From Eledone cirrhosa (taxonomy: Eukaryota): DNA of 64,000 nucleotides. This document shows, one piece after another, positions 1 to 11,724 of the stretch (its first letter is position 1; every line of letters starts with the position of its first letter). Under the pieces are notes generated by a model. The model was not told the origin of the DNA and searched no databases. It saw only the letters and a program-made list of their open reading frames with translations. The position numbers were made by a program, and so were the translations under genes. The stretch covers positions 323,888,001 through 323,952,000 of the forward strand of contig OZ024740.1 in the NCBI GenBank assembly GCA_964016885.1. The letters are read 5' to 3'.

Positions 1-515
1 AAAAAAATTTTTTCCGAAAGAAAAAAACCTTCCCCCGAGATCACGTTTACAAAATTCAGAAAACTGAATTGAAAACTAGGTTGAAAGAAACTAATCAATT
101 AGAGGTTAATTCAGAGAGCCTTCCATAAATCTCTCAGAAAAGGCCCCTTTAATATTTCCAATAGGAACTTCTTCCGAGAGACCCTTCGAAGAATTAAAAT
201 TTTAGAGAGCCTTTAAGGATAAATATAAAAACGAATTGAGGAAAATTATACATTAAAAGTTAAAAATTAAAAATTACGGTATTTGGGATATCCGAGGAAT
301 TTTCAAAGGGCTGCTTCAACAGATACAACTTAGGCATAATAGATACAATAATCTAAGCCATTTAAGTAATTTAATTAGGGAGCAATTCAAGGAGTTTATC
401 AAGTTGGGCAAGATTAAAGAAAGTGGCAACTAAGAAAATACATAAGCAAAAAGACAATAATTATAAAATATATATATATATATATATATATAAACGACTA
501 TATGCTCTGACTTAC

Positions 516-719
516 CTCATCACATGCAGCACAACGCGGCTTCAACTGCTCCGCATGGTGGCGGCCACAGTATAGTTGACTGTCTTGGTAAAAGTATATG
601 AGGTCGACTAGAAACTCATCACAGACGGAGCAGAGGAAACAGGCAGGATGCCAACAAGCATCTGGACCAGCTCTCGATGCAAACACCGCCATATCACTTC
701 CTACAATTAATTTGCGGCA
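516..719 (-). CDS. prickle: Internal coding exon of a prickle-family protein: most of LIM domain 1 and start of LIM2
   Basis: Acceptor ttttttcag ends at 720 and donor GAG|gtaagt starts at 515. 204 nt, 68 codons: [68 protein letters not shown], a typical Prickle/Testin LIM1. Joined to the upstream exon it restores C-x2-C (CPN|C). Confidence 0.95.
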
Positions 720-1707
720 CTGAAAAAAATAAAAAAACAAAAAGAAAAATCAATAATTGTGATGGAAATATTTTTCAAAACAGCAAGTTCTTATTTTTAG
801 GAATTCTCTATTCTAAACGTTTCTCTTCTGATATGTTATTCCCCTAGTTCTCTGATACAAATCATTTTATTTTCAAGTGTTTTTATTTATCTAAAGACCC
901 GTCTATCGTACTTTTATGTAAGAACCTTTGTTAAGTTATGTTCCAAACACCAGTTTAATGATGAAAATGTTAGTTATATTACTAAAGCTTTCAAGACACT
1001 TCGTATGATTCTCAAAAATAATTGAAAATAGATAAGAATTTGGAAGGATTTAATATAACATTCATATTATTCCTATGGTGTTTCGGGTTTTTTTAAAATA
1101 AATATAAACACTTTAAAACAAACAGTTGTGTATCATAGAAACAGGTGCGGTTTCAGGAGGTTTGGTATCAAAATAGTTTAAAAATTCAAAACATCCCACT
1201 TCTCAAATATCTTGACACCAGACACATAAATATAGCTTCTTCAGTTCCCACGAGATTAGCTTAACAAATCGAAAGAAAGAAAGAAAATAACAAATTTTGT
1301 CTATCTCTCTCTCTTTCTCTTTCTCTCCCGGTTTTAAATTATTTATTTCTTACTGATTGCTGCCGAAACTGTCGGTAGATGTAATCTCTTTGCTGAACAA
1401 CAAATTAAAGATGACGGCAAGAGACTTAGTGTAAAACCAGACGACACACGATTTATACATGTTTTCATCAGACACTTACCATTTGTTATTCAACAACTGA
1501 ATACAAATACCTGACATATTTACATTAGTTTATCTCTCATATAAATTTAGTGTTAATAATAATAATAATAAGTGTTTCTACTTTTGGCACAAGGCCAGCA
1601 ATTACCCCAGTGAATTACTGGTACTTTATTTTATTGACCCCGTGAGGATGAAAGGCAAAGTTAAGCTCGGGGAATAATAATAATAATAAGAAGAAGAATA
1701 AATAATA

Positions 1708-1889
1708 ATTGTTTCTATTTTTGGCACAAGGCCAACAATTAACCCAGTGCATTACTGGTACTTTATTTTATCGACCCTATAAGGATGAAAGGCAAAGTTA
1801 ACCTCGGCGGAATTTGAACTCAGAATGGAAAGGGCCGTAACTCTATGCGTCAAAGGTTGGTGCCCGACCTTCTACCGATACTGCCAATC
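1708..1889 (-). mobile_element. tRNA-derived SINE family A copy (an extra 3' fragment lies at 1573-1672)
   Basis: Matches the window consensus ggcggtggattggcagtatcggtagag...tgagttcaaatcccgccgaggttaactttgcctttcatccttacggggtcgataaaataaagtaccag...ggccttgtgccaaaagtagaaacaattatt; A-box and B-box, (ATT)n tail. Confidence 0.85.
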
Positions 1890-2252
1890 CAAGAAGAAGA
1901 AGAAGAAAAAGAAGAAGAAAAAGAAGAAGGCCATTGGCCGAAGGTGAGATTATGAAAGACAAGTTACAACATGAAGCTGGGGCTCTACCTAGAAATGAGG
2001 GGGGAATAGGTAGCAAGTATACATAATATACAAAATAGGTATATGTAGTATACAATTAAATAAGACATCCAGTCTTGCTGGTTCAGAGAGCTAAATACCT
2101 AAAGCTAATTGAGGGAACCCCCACAGATCCACAATACCACTGACCTCCAAGGGTGAATGCCCTCTCCCGTCATTGTCAGACCTACTGACATATACTGAGA
2201 TTACACTCATTCACCCATGCCATTTTCGCTACTTTTAAATAATAATAATAAT

Positions 2253-2712
2253 GGTTTCTGATTTAGACATAAGGCCAGCAATTTTGGAGAGAGGGGAAAG
2301 TTGATTAAATTGACCCCAGTGCATTACTGGTACATTATTTTATTGATCCCCGGTGGATTGGCAGTATCGGTAGAGGGTCGGACGCCATGGTTTGAGGCAT
2401 AGAGTTACGGCCCTTTCCAATCTGAGTTCAAATCCTGCCGAGGTTAACTTTGCCTTTCATCCTTACGGGGTCGATCAAATAAAGTACCAGTAATACACTG
2501 GAATAATTGCTGTCCTTATGCCAAAAGTAGAAACAATTATTATTATTTATTATGCTTTTCGGCATAGAGTTACGCCCCTTTACGGTATGAGTTCAAATCC
2601 TGCAGAGGTTAACTTTGCCTTTCATCCTTACGGGGTCGATAAAATAAAGCACCATTTAATCGACTCCCCCACCCCAAATTACTGGCCTTGTGCCTATAGT
2701 ATAAATTATTAT
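2253..2712. mobile_element. Cluster of SINE family A pieces: minus 2253-2350, plus 2351-2548, plus 2553-2712
   Basis: Direct sequence match to the family A consensus in both orientations. Confidence 0.85.
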
Positions 2713-2895
2713 TATTCTCTTTCTTTATTGCCAAAAATGGCGACGAATGAGGGAACATTACATGGGAAAAAATCAATAAGAATACTAATAACAAAAACAG
2801 AAAAAAAAACAAATAGATGTCAATAGTAACATATACACTACGACATATTACATGGTAGAAAATAAAGAGTTAAACAAATATTGAAGAACGAACTA

Positions 2896-3165
2896 TCAGA
2901 AAATAATTGTTTCAACTTTTTGGCACAAGGCCAGCAATTATCCCAGTGTTTTACTGGGACTTTATTTTATCGACCTCGTAAGGATGAAAGGCAAAGTTAA
3001 CTTCGGCGGGATTCGAACTCAAAATAGCAGCAAATGTTTACGGCACATTGGGTTCCCAAGCAGTCACCCATCTAAGTACTAATTAGGGTCGACGTTGCTT
3101 AACTTCGGTGATCGGACGAGAACCGGTGTTTTCAGCTTGGTATGGCCGTAAACTCAGAAAATAAT
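2896..3165 (-). mobile_element. Chimeric retroposon: 5S rRNA head plus 3' half of SINE family A, with 12-bp TSD
   Basis: TCAGAAAATAAT at 2896-2907 and 3154-3165 flanks 5S (3153-3035) joined to the SINE B-box, body and tail (about 3022-2908). Confidence 0.85.
3035..3153 (-). rRNA. 5S rRNA: Full-length 5S rRNA sequence, probably a retroposed copy
   Basis: 119 nt: GTTTACGGCCATACCAAGCTGAAAACACCGGTTCTCGTCCGATCACCGAAGTTAAGCAACGTCGACCCTAATTAGTACTTAGATGGGTGACTGCTTGGGAACCCAATGTGCCGTAAACA. Terminal helix GTTTACGGC/GCCGTAAAC, box A-like AGTTAAGC, box C-like GATGGGTGAC. Followed by only three T. Confidence 0.93.
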
Positions 3166-3708
3166 ATACTATGTATAAACACACTAGGTTTCAATTAATT
3201 ACTGAAACTTCAGTGTGATAAAGAAGAAAATAGAGCTAATCAAATAGAAAAGACTTGGATACAGAAACCCCAAACCTAGATATTTGTTTTGTGAATTTAC
3301 TATCCCCATGTTGATACTCATAAAATATATCCACTAAATGGCCGAACCACAGTCATAAATTCGGAAACGGCCACTGAAAAAAAGCAATAAAGGTATTGAT
3401 GAATCTCGACCGGACTTGTCTGAAATTAAGGACTAAATAAATAAATGAATAAAAAACGGATTTAGTTTGGTTCCGTCATGGAGTTTGTCGTTAGAGTTAT
3501 GTTCAGGCTTAACGTAACTTACAATAGATATATGCGCATATCTCTACAAGAGGGTTCAAAACAGATTCTCGAGATATCTCCAGAAGATATACAAACATCT
3601 CTCGCTCTCCTCTCTCTGCACATGGAAAAATATTGAGCCCTGTGGGACGTGCGAAAGATTGTAATTGCGTTCTTTGTCTGCCACTCCCCAGTTAATGCAA
3701 TCCCGTGC

Positions 3709-3771
<63 letters not shown>

Positions 3772-3776
3772 TATTC

Positions 3777-3846
<70 letters not shown>

Positions 3847-4128
3847 CAAAGGTACAGAAAATATTGTAGCAAAAAGCCAACAGTATTCCATAATATATAA
3901 GTGACTATAGCGTCAAAATGGGAAAAATAGTTAACGTAAGATGTGGAAGTAATATATGTATAAATAAACACAGTAAATTTCGTGTCTAAAATTACGAGGG
4001 TAGAGAATGCCACAAATGTCTTAAGTATTTAATCTTAAACATACAGTAGGATATAATTTTGACCGTATCAAAAACATTTCATCTCTCGGAATTGCAGGGT
4101 ATTAATATGAGTTAATAACTCTGTATTT

Positions 4129-4211
<83 letters not shown>

Positions 4212-4214
<3 letters not shown>

Positions 4215-5010
4215 CATGCACGAAATTTTCTTTTGCCCTCTCTTTACGTTGCCTCACCATTCGTGTCTGTTTACCTGTCTCTCTTTCTCCACCCAACTCT
4301 TTTTATCCCAGTAACTTATTTTAGTTATTGTATCGCCCTAGACGGAGGTATATTGTCTGTAATGCGAAGAAATACCTATGATGGTTAGTAGACAACTGAT
4401 GATGGATATTCCTAATTTCTAATTGCAACAACACAGCTCGCCATTTTTGATTCATATATGCTTTCCCCTTCGCTGTGACCTGTCTTTTTTCTCTTCCCTT
4501 ACTGCTATCCTCTTTCTCTCTCCCCCTTCTCCCTCTTACTTTCACTCACCCCCTCTGCTAGTCACCCTCTCTCGGCTAGCCTCTTCCTCGCACTTTCACT
4601 CACTCACTCTCTGCTACTCACCCTCTCTTTCACTCCCTCCATCGTCCCACACCGTACGAGATCCTTTTCCTCGCTCATATCCGCACGGCTAAGATGTATC
4701 TTTACCTTATCGTCAATATTCGCCCGTTCTTATGTTCGAAATGAATTATTGACTTGATTTTCTCATTTTTTCCTCTCTTTACGTTGCCTCACCATTCGTG
4801 TCTGTTTACATGTCTTTCTCTTTCTCCACCCAAATCTTTTTATCCCAATAACTTATTTTAGTTATTGTATTGCCCTAGCTTGAGGTATATTGTCTGTAAT
4901 GCGAGGAAATACCTATGATGGCTATTAGACCACTGATGACAGATATTCCTAACTTCTATTTCTAATTCTTCATTTATTATACTTAATTGCAACAACAAAG
5001 CTCGCCATTT
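4212..5010 (+). mobile_element. Partial tandem element between (TA)n tracts, with direct repeats about 535 bp apart
   Basis: ctctctttacgttgcctcaccattcgtgtctg... occurs at about 4238-4447 and 4773-5010; related segments at 18549-18610 and 18800-18890. Confidence 0.6.
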
Positions 5011-5243
5011 TATATATATATATTAGAATTGGTGCTCTGGAATAGCTATATATATATATATGAATGTATATATAGTGTATTTTGCATCAATAAATGCGAA
5101 ACAAGGCCTCGTCAGCTTTATCTCCCTCTGTTTGCTGAAAATTAAAGTAAGTGAGTCTGTCACTACTCTAAAACAATAGCATAAGGTCTTCGAAATGCTT
5201 TTAATTAAGCATACAGTGTATTGCAAAATACACTATATATACA

Positions 5244-5320
<77 letters not shown>

Positions 5321-5447
5321 GTGAAGCGTATCATTATTTTACGTCCGACTTCTATGCTGGCATGAGTTAAATAGGTTGCCACTATCTGAGACAAGACTAG
5401 TCGGAGAGACCTCATAACATTCAAACGTTGAATATTTACGTTGAATC

Positions 5448-5490
<43 letters not shown>

Positions 5491-5528
5491 TTTTGGGGCC
5501 CTGCCCTCCTCCCCCATTTCCACCGCCC

Positions 5529-5597
<69 letters not shown>

Positions 5598-5641
5598 ACG
5601 TTCATACGTACACACACACACATTATATGTGTATATATATA

Positions 5642-5847
5642 TAGTTATGTAATAAACAACATAAGATAATTATTTCATTTACCAAAGGATTCACGAAGAC
5701 AGACGAGCCTGAAATCGGTCGTCAAAATTAAAATTCCATTAATTTTCATTCTGATGACCGATTTCAGACGTCTGTTTCAGGCTCGTCTTTCTTTGTGAAT
5801 CCTTTGGTAAATGAAATAATTATCTTATGTTGTTTATTACATAACTA
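5642..5847. repeat. Long inverted repeat with arms of about 85 bp, next to a TA-rich microsatellite
   Basis: tagttatgtaataaacaacataagataattatttcatttaccaaaggattcac... mirrored at 5775-5847. Confidence 0.9.
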
Positions 5848-6410
5848 AAAAAAGCTCTGTAGTCTACATAGAGCACTCCCTTTTCCTTTACCTTTCCTAC
5901 GGAAACATTTCATATACTTTATATATATATATATATAAACATATATATACGCACCACATATATGCAAACTTACAGACACGCATTATATATACGATAACAG
6001 CTTTGTAAATCGTTGAATTTCCAAATTCATGAAGGTGTTGGACAACATGTCTTGCGGGATTTGTTCGAATTCTTTATGTTCTAAGATCCCCCTAAGGACA
6101 ACTATCTCATTCATTCTCCCGAGGTTGATAAAAGAAAATAACCAATACTGTTTCCAAGATCAGTCAACCCGGCCCTTTCTCGTTTAAAAACATATATATA
6201 GCGTGAAAAGAAGACACTTGTTGCATGGGTAACTGTTGCTCTTTCATGAAATTACATGCCCAAGCTTACACACAGATACCGATAATTAGCCAATATTGAC
6301 AGATAGAAGGCATGCGTACAGTCATACACACAAGTACATATGCAGATTATATATGTATATATATTATACATACACCTCATACATAACCCAGTGGTTGGTG
6401 GTTATGCATG

Positions 6411-6441
<31 letters not shown>

Positions 6442-6636
6442 TCGTGTGTATGCGTATGTGTGTGCCTGTGTGTGTGTGTGTACACATTAATCCACCCTCC
6501 AGTACTGTTGGTGTTTGTTTAAGTATCATAACATTCCACAGTCGATAATAATAAATAACCCAGATATGCTGCTGATGAATATATCATTGATTATGTCCCT
6601 TCACGTAATAAAACACAGAAACACACACATACATAT

Positions 6637-6692
<56 letters not shown>

Positions 6693-6972
6693 ATAGATAC
6701 CCCATGTAGATTTTTTTCTCTGTGGTTATGTCCTTTTCCCGTTTTTTATTAGCGTCCGACCGACCACCCACCAACATGGCGGTAATGCCTTAACGAGAAG
6801 TGCTCCAACAGACGGCAAGCGACGATCTATGTTGACTCTCAAGAATTATTGAAAGATACTTTTAATGGCTGTTTATTTATGGCAAGTGGCTTTGATTGGA
6901 TTTAGAAATTGGCAGCGCTAACCAACTCATACATTCATACAAATATATATGCATATATATATACATATATAT

Positions 6973-7037
<65 letters not shown>

Positions 7038-7520
7038 TGTATATGAAAGGATATTTATGTGTGTGTGTGCATGTATATGAATGGATATTTATGTGTGTGT
7101 GCGTATATGTGTGTATATATATATATATAATATGTAGAAGTCGAAGTAATAGCCGCCGTAGAGCAGATATATGTATAGTGTGTGTGTATATGTGTGCATA
7201 TATTTTAATCTATATTTGTATATTTCTGTGTACGTATATATATATATATATATATATACGTTTATTCTGTCCACAATCTACTGACCATCTGTGATGGTTA
7301 TAAACTTTGTTTTAATAGTCCTGTTGTGTGTGTGTGTGTGTGCGTCTGTGTGGTGGGTATATGTGTGTGTGTTTAATTTATAACCCTCAATAACGATCTG
7401 ACAGCATGGTTCACACACAACTTAGATATCGTCGACAATATTGATTATCATATAACTCTTTATTGACATACATATACACGTAAATACGAATGTATATATA
7501 TATATATACATGTATATATA

Positions 7521-7848
7521 TGATGGCTGCCCCTCGTTATCGAGTATGGCCATTGCACGATATGCCACTATCAATAATTATTAATAAATTCTATCGTGCA
7601 ATGTCTGTGCGTGAAGATATTTTTTGAAGTGAGGAAAGACTGTGCACTGAGCCAATCCCACTCTCTGAGCGACAGTAGCTATAACCCTAAAAGAAGAAAA
7701 GATCAACATCATCGGTAACTACTGAGCCGCAGGTTTTATATCGGAGTTATCCCAGTTTCCTGAGTTGCCTTCTCCTAGAAGAATACCCTGACAAAGGCTA
7801 GGGTCCTTCACTCACAGTGGTTTAACGGCGCGATCGGGTGTACAGCCC
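7521..7848 (-). mobile_element. Second, shorter copy of the bipartite RTE-derived family
   Basis: Reverse complement aligns with 35523-35712 (gaccctagcctttgtc...ttctaggagaagg...gagagtgggattggc...cttcacgcacagacattgc) and with the 3' end atggccatactcgataacgaggggcagccatca. Confidence 0.72.
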
Positions 7849-7877
7849 GACTATACACATATACATACATATGTACA

Positions 7878-7945
<68 letters not shown>

Positions 7946-8009
7946 TATAATATAGAAATAAATGGCTTCTACAGGACTAGAACTGTTTTATTTGGGAGAA
8001 ATCATAAGG

Positions 8010-8058
8010 GCTTCCTGATGATTTCTCACGAATGAAACAGTTTTAGTCCTGTAGAAGC
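8010..8058 (+). ncRNA. Type I hammerhead motif with weak stem II, preceded by an inverted degenerate copy at 7965-8008
   Basis: gcttc CTGATGA tttctcacgaat GAAACAG ttttagtc CTGTA gaagc. Confidence 0.68.
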
Positions 8059-8317
8059 TATTTCTGTATTAAATATTTATACTCTGCTATGTATTGAGTA
8101 CCTTACTTACTGTGGTTACCTCCAATTGAACCAGGGATAAACATATATATATATATATATGCGCTTGTGTGTGTATATGTGTGTGTATACATATGCCTGT
8201 ACGTATGTAAGAAAATGTAACATAAATGTGTGTGTGAGAGGAGTGTGTGTGTGTATATAAATACAATACAGTGTTTAAAACATGATTTTCTTAGAAACCA
8301 ACGCAGAATTTGAGACA

Positions 8318-8375
<58 letters not shown>

Positions 8376-8537
8376 GTGCGTGTGTGCGTGTGTGTGTGTG
8401 CGTGCGTGTTTGTGTGTGTGTGTGCGTGCGCGTGCGTGTTTGTGTGCGTGTGTGCACACATGTTTGCTTAGACTTCATTATAGGTTTTTTTTCAAACCAC
8501 GGTTTTGTGAGAATAGAAATAAAATTTCATGTGACAT

Positions 8538-8619
<82 letters not shown>

Positions 8620-8997
8620 CGTCTGTGTAACAAGGACTCTAAGCAACTCAAGGGGAGAGTAATAAATATAGAATGTATTACGGCCACAAATCTTTAATTT
8701 GTACGTGTGTCCCTGAATACGTATATTTCTCTCTTTATACACACACACACATATATATACATACACATATACATACACACACATATAAATATATTGAAAT
8801 GCGCATAATAAAATACATGGAACACTTTTAACCATCTTTTGTTCTTATATATTATATATATATATATATGTATGTAAATTTATATATATATATATATATG
8901 ACAGTCGATCGACTTTCGTCAAATCGGACCGAGGAAACAATGTTTCCATCGGTCTTTCCAATTGCTAATACTATCTATCGGTCGCATCTCCAGGTAG

Positions 8998-9117
8998 AAG
9001 GAGCAGCGTGAAATAAAGTGTCTTGCTCAAGGACATAACGCATCGCCTGGTCCGGGAATCGAACTCACAAGCTCACAATTGCGAATCCAATTCTCTAACC
9101 ACTCAGCGACGCGCCTT
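8998..9117 (-). mobile_element. SINE family B 5' part (tRNA head plus CORE-like domain)
   Basis: Reverse complement: ggcgcgtcgctgagtggttagag...gtgagttcgattcccggaccagg...tgtccttgagcaagacactttatttcacgctgctc. Confidence 0.75.
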
Positions 9118-9176
<59 letters not shown>

Positions 9177-9177
<1 letters not shown>

Positions 9178-9370
9178 TTATTCCGGTTTGAATCGGAGGT
9201 AACCACAGTAAGTAAGGTACTCAATACATAGCAGAGTATAAAAGTTTTAATATAGCAGAGCTTCTACAGGGCTAGAACTGTATCATTCGTGAGAAATCAT
9301 CAGGAAGATCCTGATGATTTCTCACGAATGAAACAGTTCTATTCCTGTAGAAGCTTCTATATTAAAACTA
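9177..9370. mobile_element. Palindromic hammerhead-bearing element, same family as 7960-8140, 20225-20330 and 52220-52390
   Basis: Minus arm 9177-9307 and plus arm 9310-9370 both carry ctgatgatttctcacgaatga(a/t)acagttct..cctgtagaagc; flanked by (TA)n. Confidence 0.72.
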
Positions 9371-9440
9371 TATATATATATATATCTAAGTGTGTCTGTG
9401 ATGGTGGGAGTTACTTAAAGAATAAATTGCCATTATTATT

Positions 9441-9600
9441 ATGGATTGGCAGTATCGGTAGAGGGTCGGACGCCATGCTTTGCAGCATAGTTACGTCCCT
9501 TTACGGACTGAGTTCAAATCCCGCCGAGGTTAACTTTGCCTTTCATCCTTACGGGGTCGATAAAATGTGGCCTTGTGCCTAAACTAGAAACAATTATTAT
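9441..9600 (+). mobile_element. SINE family A copy with internal deletion
   Basis: tggattggcagtatcggtagagggtcggacgcc...gagttcaaatcccgccgagg...gaaacaattatt. Confidence 0.85.
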
Positions 9601-10104
9601 ATATACACGTTGTTACTTATGTAAATGTTTTATTTCTCTGATATTAAACAAAGACAAACAATACCCGGTAATATATACACACAATTCCAATGTACAATAT
9701 ATACACACACACACACAATGTTTAACATAACAGAATATTGTGTGTGTACGTGTGTCTGTCTGCATGCGAGGGTGTAATTACGTTAGTATATGTGATTGTG
9801 TAAGTAAGTGTGTAATAGCGGACGAAAGCTTCAGTCAAAGACTTCCTGAGTGATTGTATACAAATTTGTGAAAGTAAATATATATATATATAACACACAG
9901 GCACACACATACATTTGTGTGTGTGTGTAATTATGTATGTACGTAAGTGAGTGCGTGTATATATATATATATATATATATAAAGATTTCCTGAGTAAGTG
10001 TATACAAGTTTGAGAAAGTAAATATGTATAACATTCAGGCAGGCACACACATTTGTATATATATATATGTATGTATATTTATGTATGTGTGTGAGTGTCA
10101 GTGA

Positions 10105-10148
<44 letters not shown>

Positions 10149-10411
10149 GTGAGCGTTTTTGTACGTGTGTGATAAAGTGTGGGTGTGTGTGTGTTTATAA
10201 AAAAAAACCCAAAACATCATTTGGTTTATTGCTCTCCTGAAATCAATAGCACTCTTTTTTAAACAACTAACCAGCCAAACAATAATTTAATCAGAGTAGC
10301 ATGTACGCCTTTTGTGTACACAATAATAATACTTTGTTTGATACAAACATACTACATGGTTATATTTATATATATATATATAATCATGTAGTATGTTTGT
10401 ATCAAACAAGG

Positions 10412-10445
<34 letters not shown>

Positions 10446-11027
10446 TATTAAGAGATTCACGAGTAATCAGTGTTAGAAAGACCCTTTTCGTAACTGCATT
10501 CCACACACACACAAGCATGCGCGCATGCGTATATATGGCGAATAACTCTTCTTTAACACATATGTTGTTGAAGACACGACTACCGTCTAATTCCAATTCC
10601 TCTATTAGGACGTCGCATGTTCTAATAAAGCCCCTGCAATTTGTTTGGAACAACAAATTTCCTAGTTACTTACTTTTATCAACCGTTCCAAACTTGGAAA
10701 TCGTTCTTGTCTTCGATAACTCACACACAGGCAATAATCATCGTCAATAGCATTTCACGTCCGTCTTTCCATTTTGGTTTGTGCTGGAAGGTCTAAATCT
10801 TAATTGGAATTGCAGTTGTCCCATTGACGTGCAAGAAAGCACCCACACTTTGCTTACTAACGTTCCAGTTTTGAGATGGCATCTACTAGAAGATGTCTTT
10901 CCTATCAATAACCACTGTATAGTGTGTGTGGTTCGGGTTCAATCCCACTGTACGGTTCCTTAGCTTAGTGTATTCTTCTATAGTCTCAGGAATGAAATTT
11001 TCTAACTGATCGTAATCCCGTCGTATA

Positions 11028-11131
<104 letters not shown>

Positions 11132-11439
11132 AACAGAGACAGGGACAAGAATAAATAAATAAATTAGTTAAATAAAAATGGCGTAGACATTACAATACAA
11201 TGGGAGGAAACATAATAATACCACGGATAATGTCACAGATGTGTGACGAAAGAACTTTCATAGCCTATCCTATATATATCCATATCTTCATATATTTTTA
11301 ACCGTTGGTCAATCAATGATAAACATTGATTGCTAGATAAATTATCTATGAAGATATAAAAGATACAGAAGCGAAAACCAACCCAAACCAAACAGTGAAT
11401 GTGTCCTGTTATTATTTCTGGCATTATTATAACAATATG

Positions 11440-11635
11440 GTGGATTGGAGGGCGGTGGGTGTGGCAAAATCGGTAGAGGGTCGCACGCCATGCTTTCCAG
11501 CATAGTTACGTCCCTTTACGATCTGAGTTCAAATCCCGCCGAGGTTGACTTTGCCTTTCATCCTTACGGGGCCGATAAAATAAAGTACCAGTAATGTACT
11601 GGGTAATTGCTGGCCTTGTGCCAAAAGTAGAAACA
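11440..11635 (+). mobile_element. Full-length SINE family A copy with 17-bp TSD
   Basis: TSD ATTATTATAACAATATG at 11423-11439 and 11636-11652; A and B boxes present. Confidence 0.9.
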
Positions 11636-11682
11636 ATTATTATAACAATATGACCTTCCCCAAGTATAACAATATCTATCTA

Positions 11683-11724
<42 letters not shown>

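Noticed and set aside
2351-2450. tRNA gene calls for SINE heads here and at 9050-9117, 49812 and 50491
   Set aside because: A and B boxes are present, but I see no intact cloverleaf and each continues into a repeated SINE body.
3035-3153. Member of a canonical 5S rDNA tandem array
   Set aside because: It is a solitary copy with only TTT directly downstream, fused to a SINE and bracketed by a TSD.
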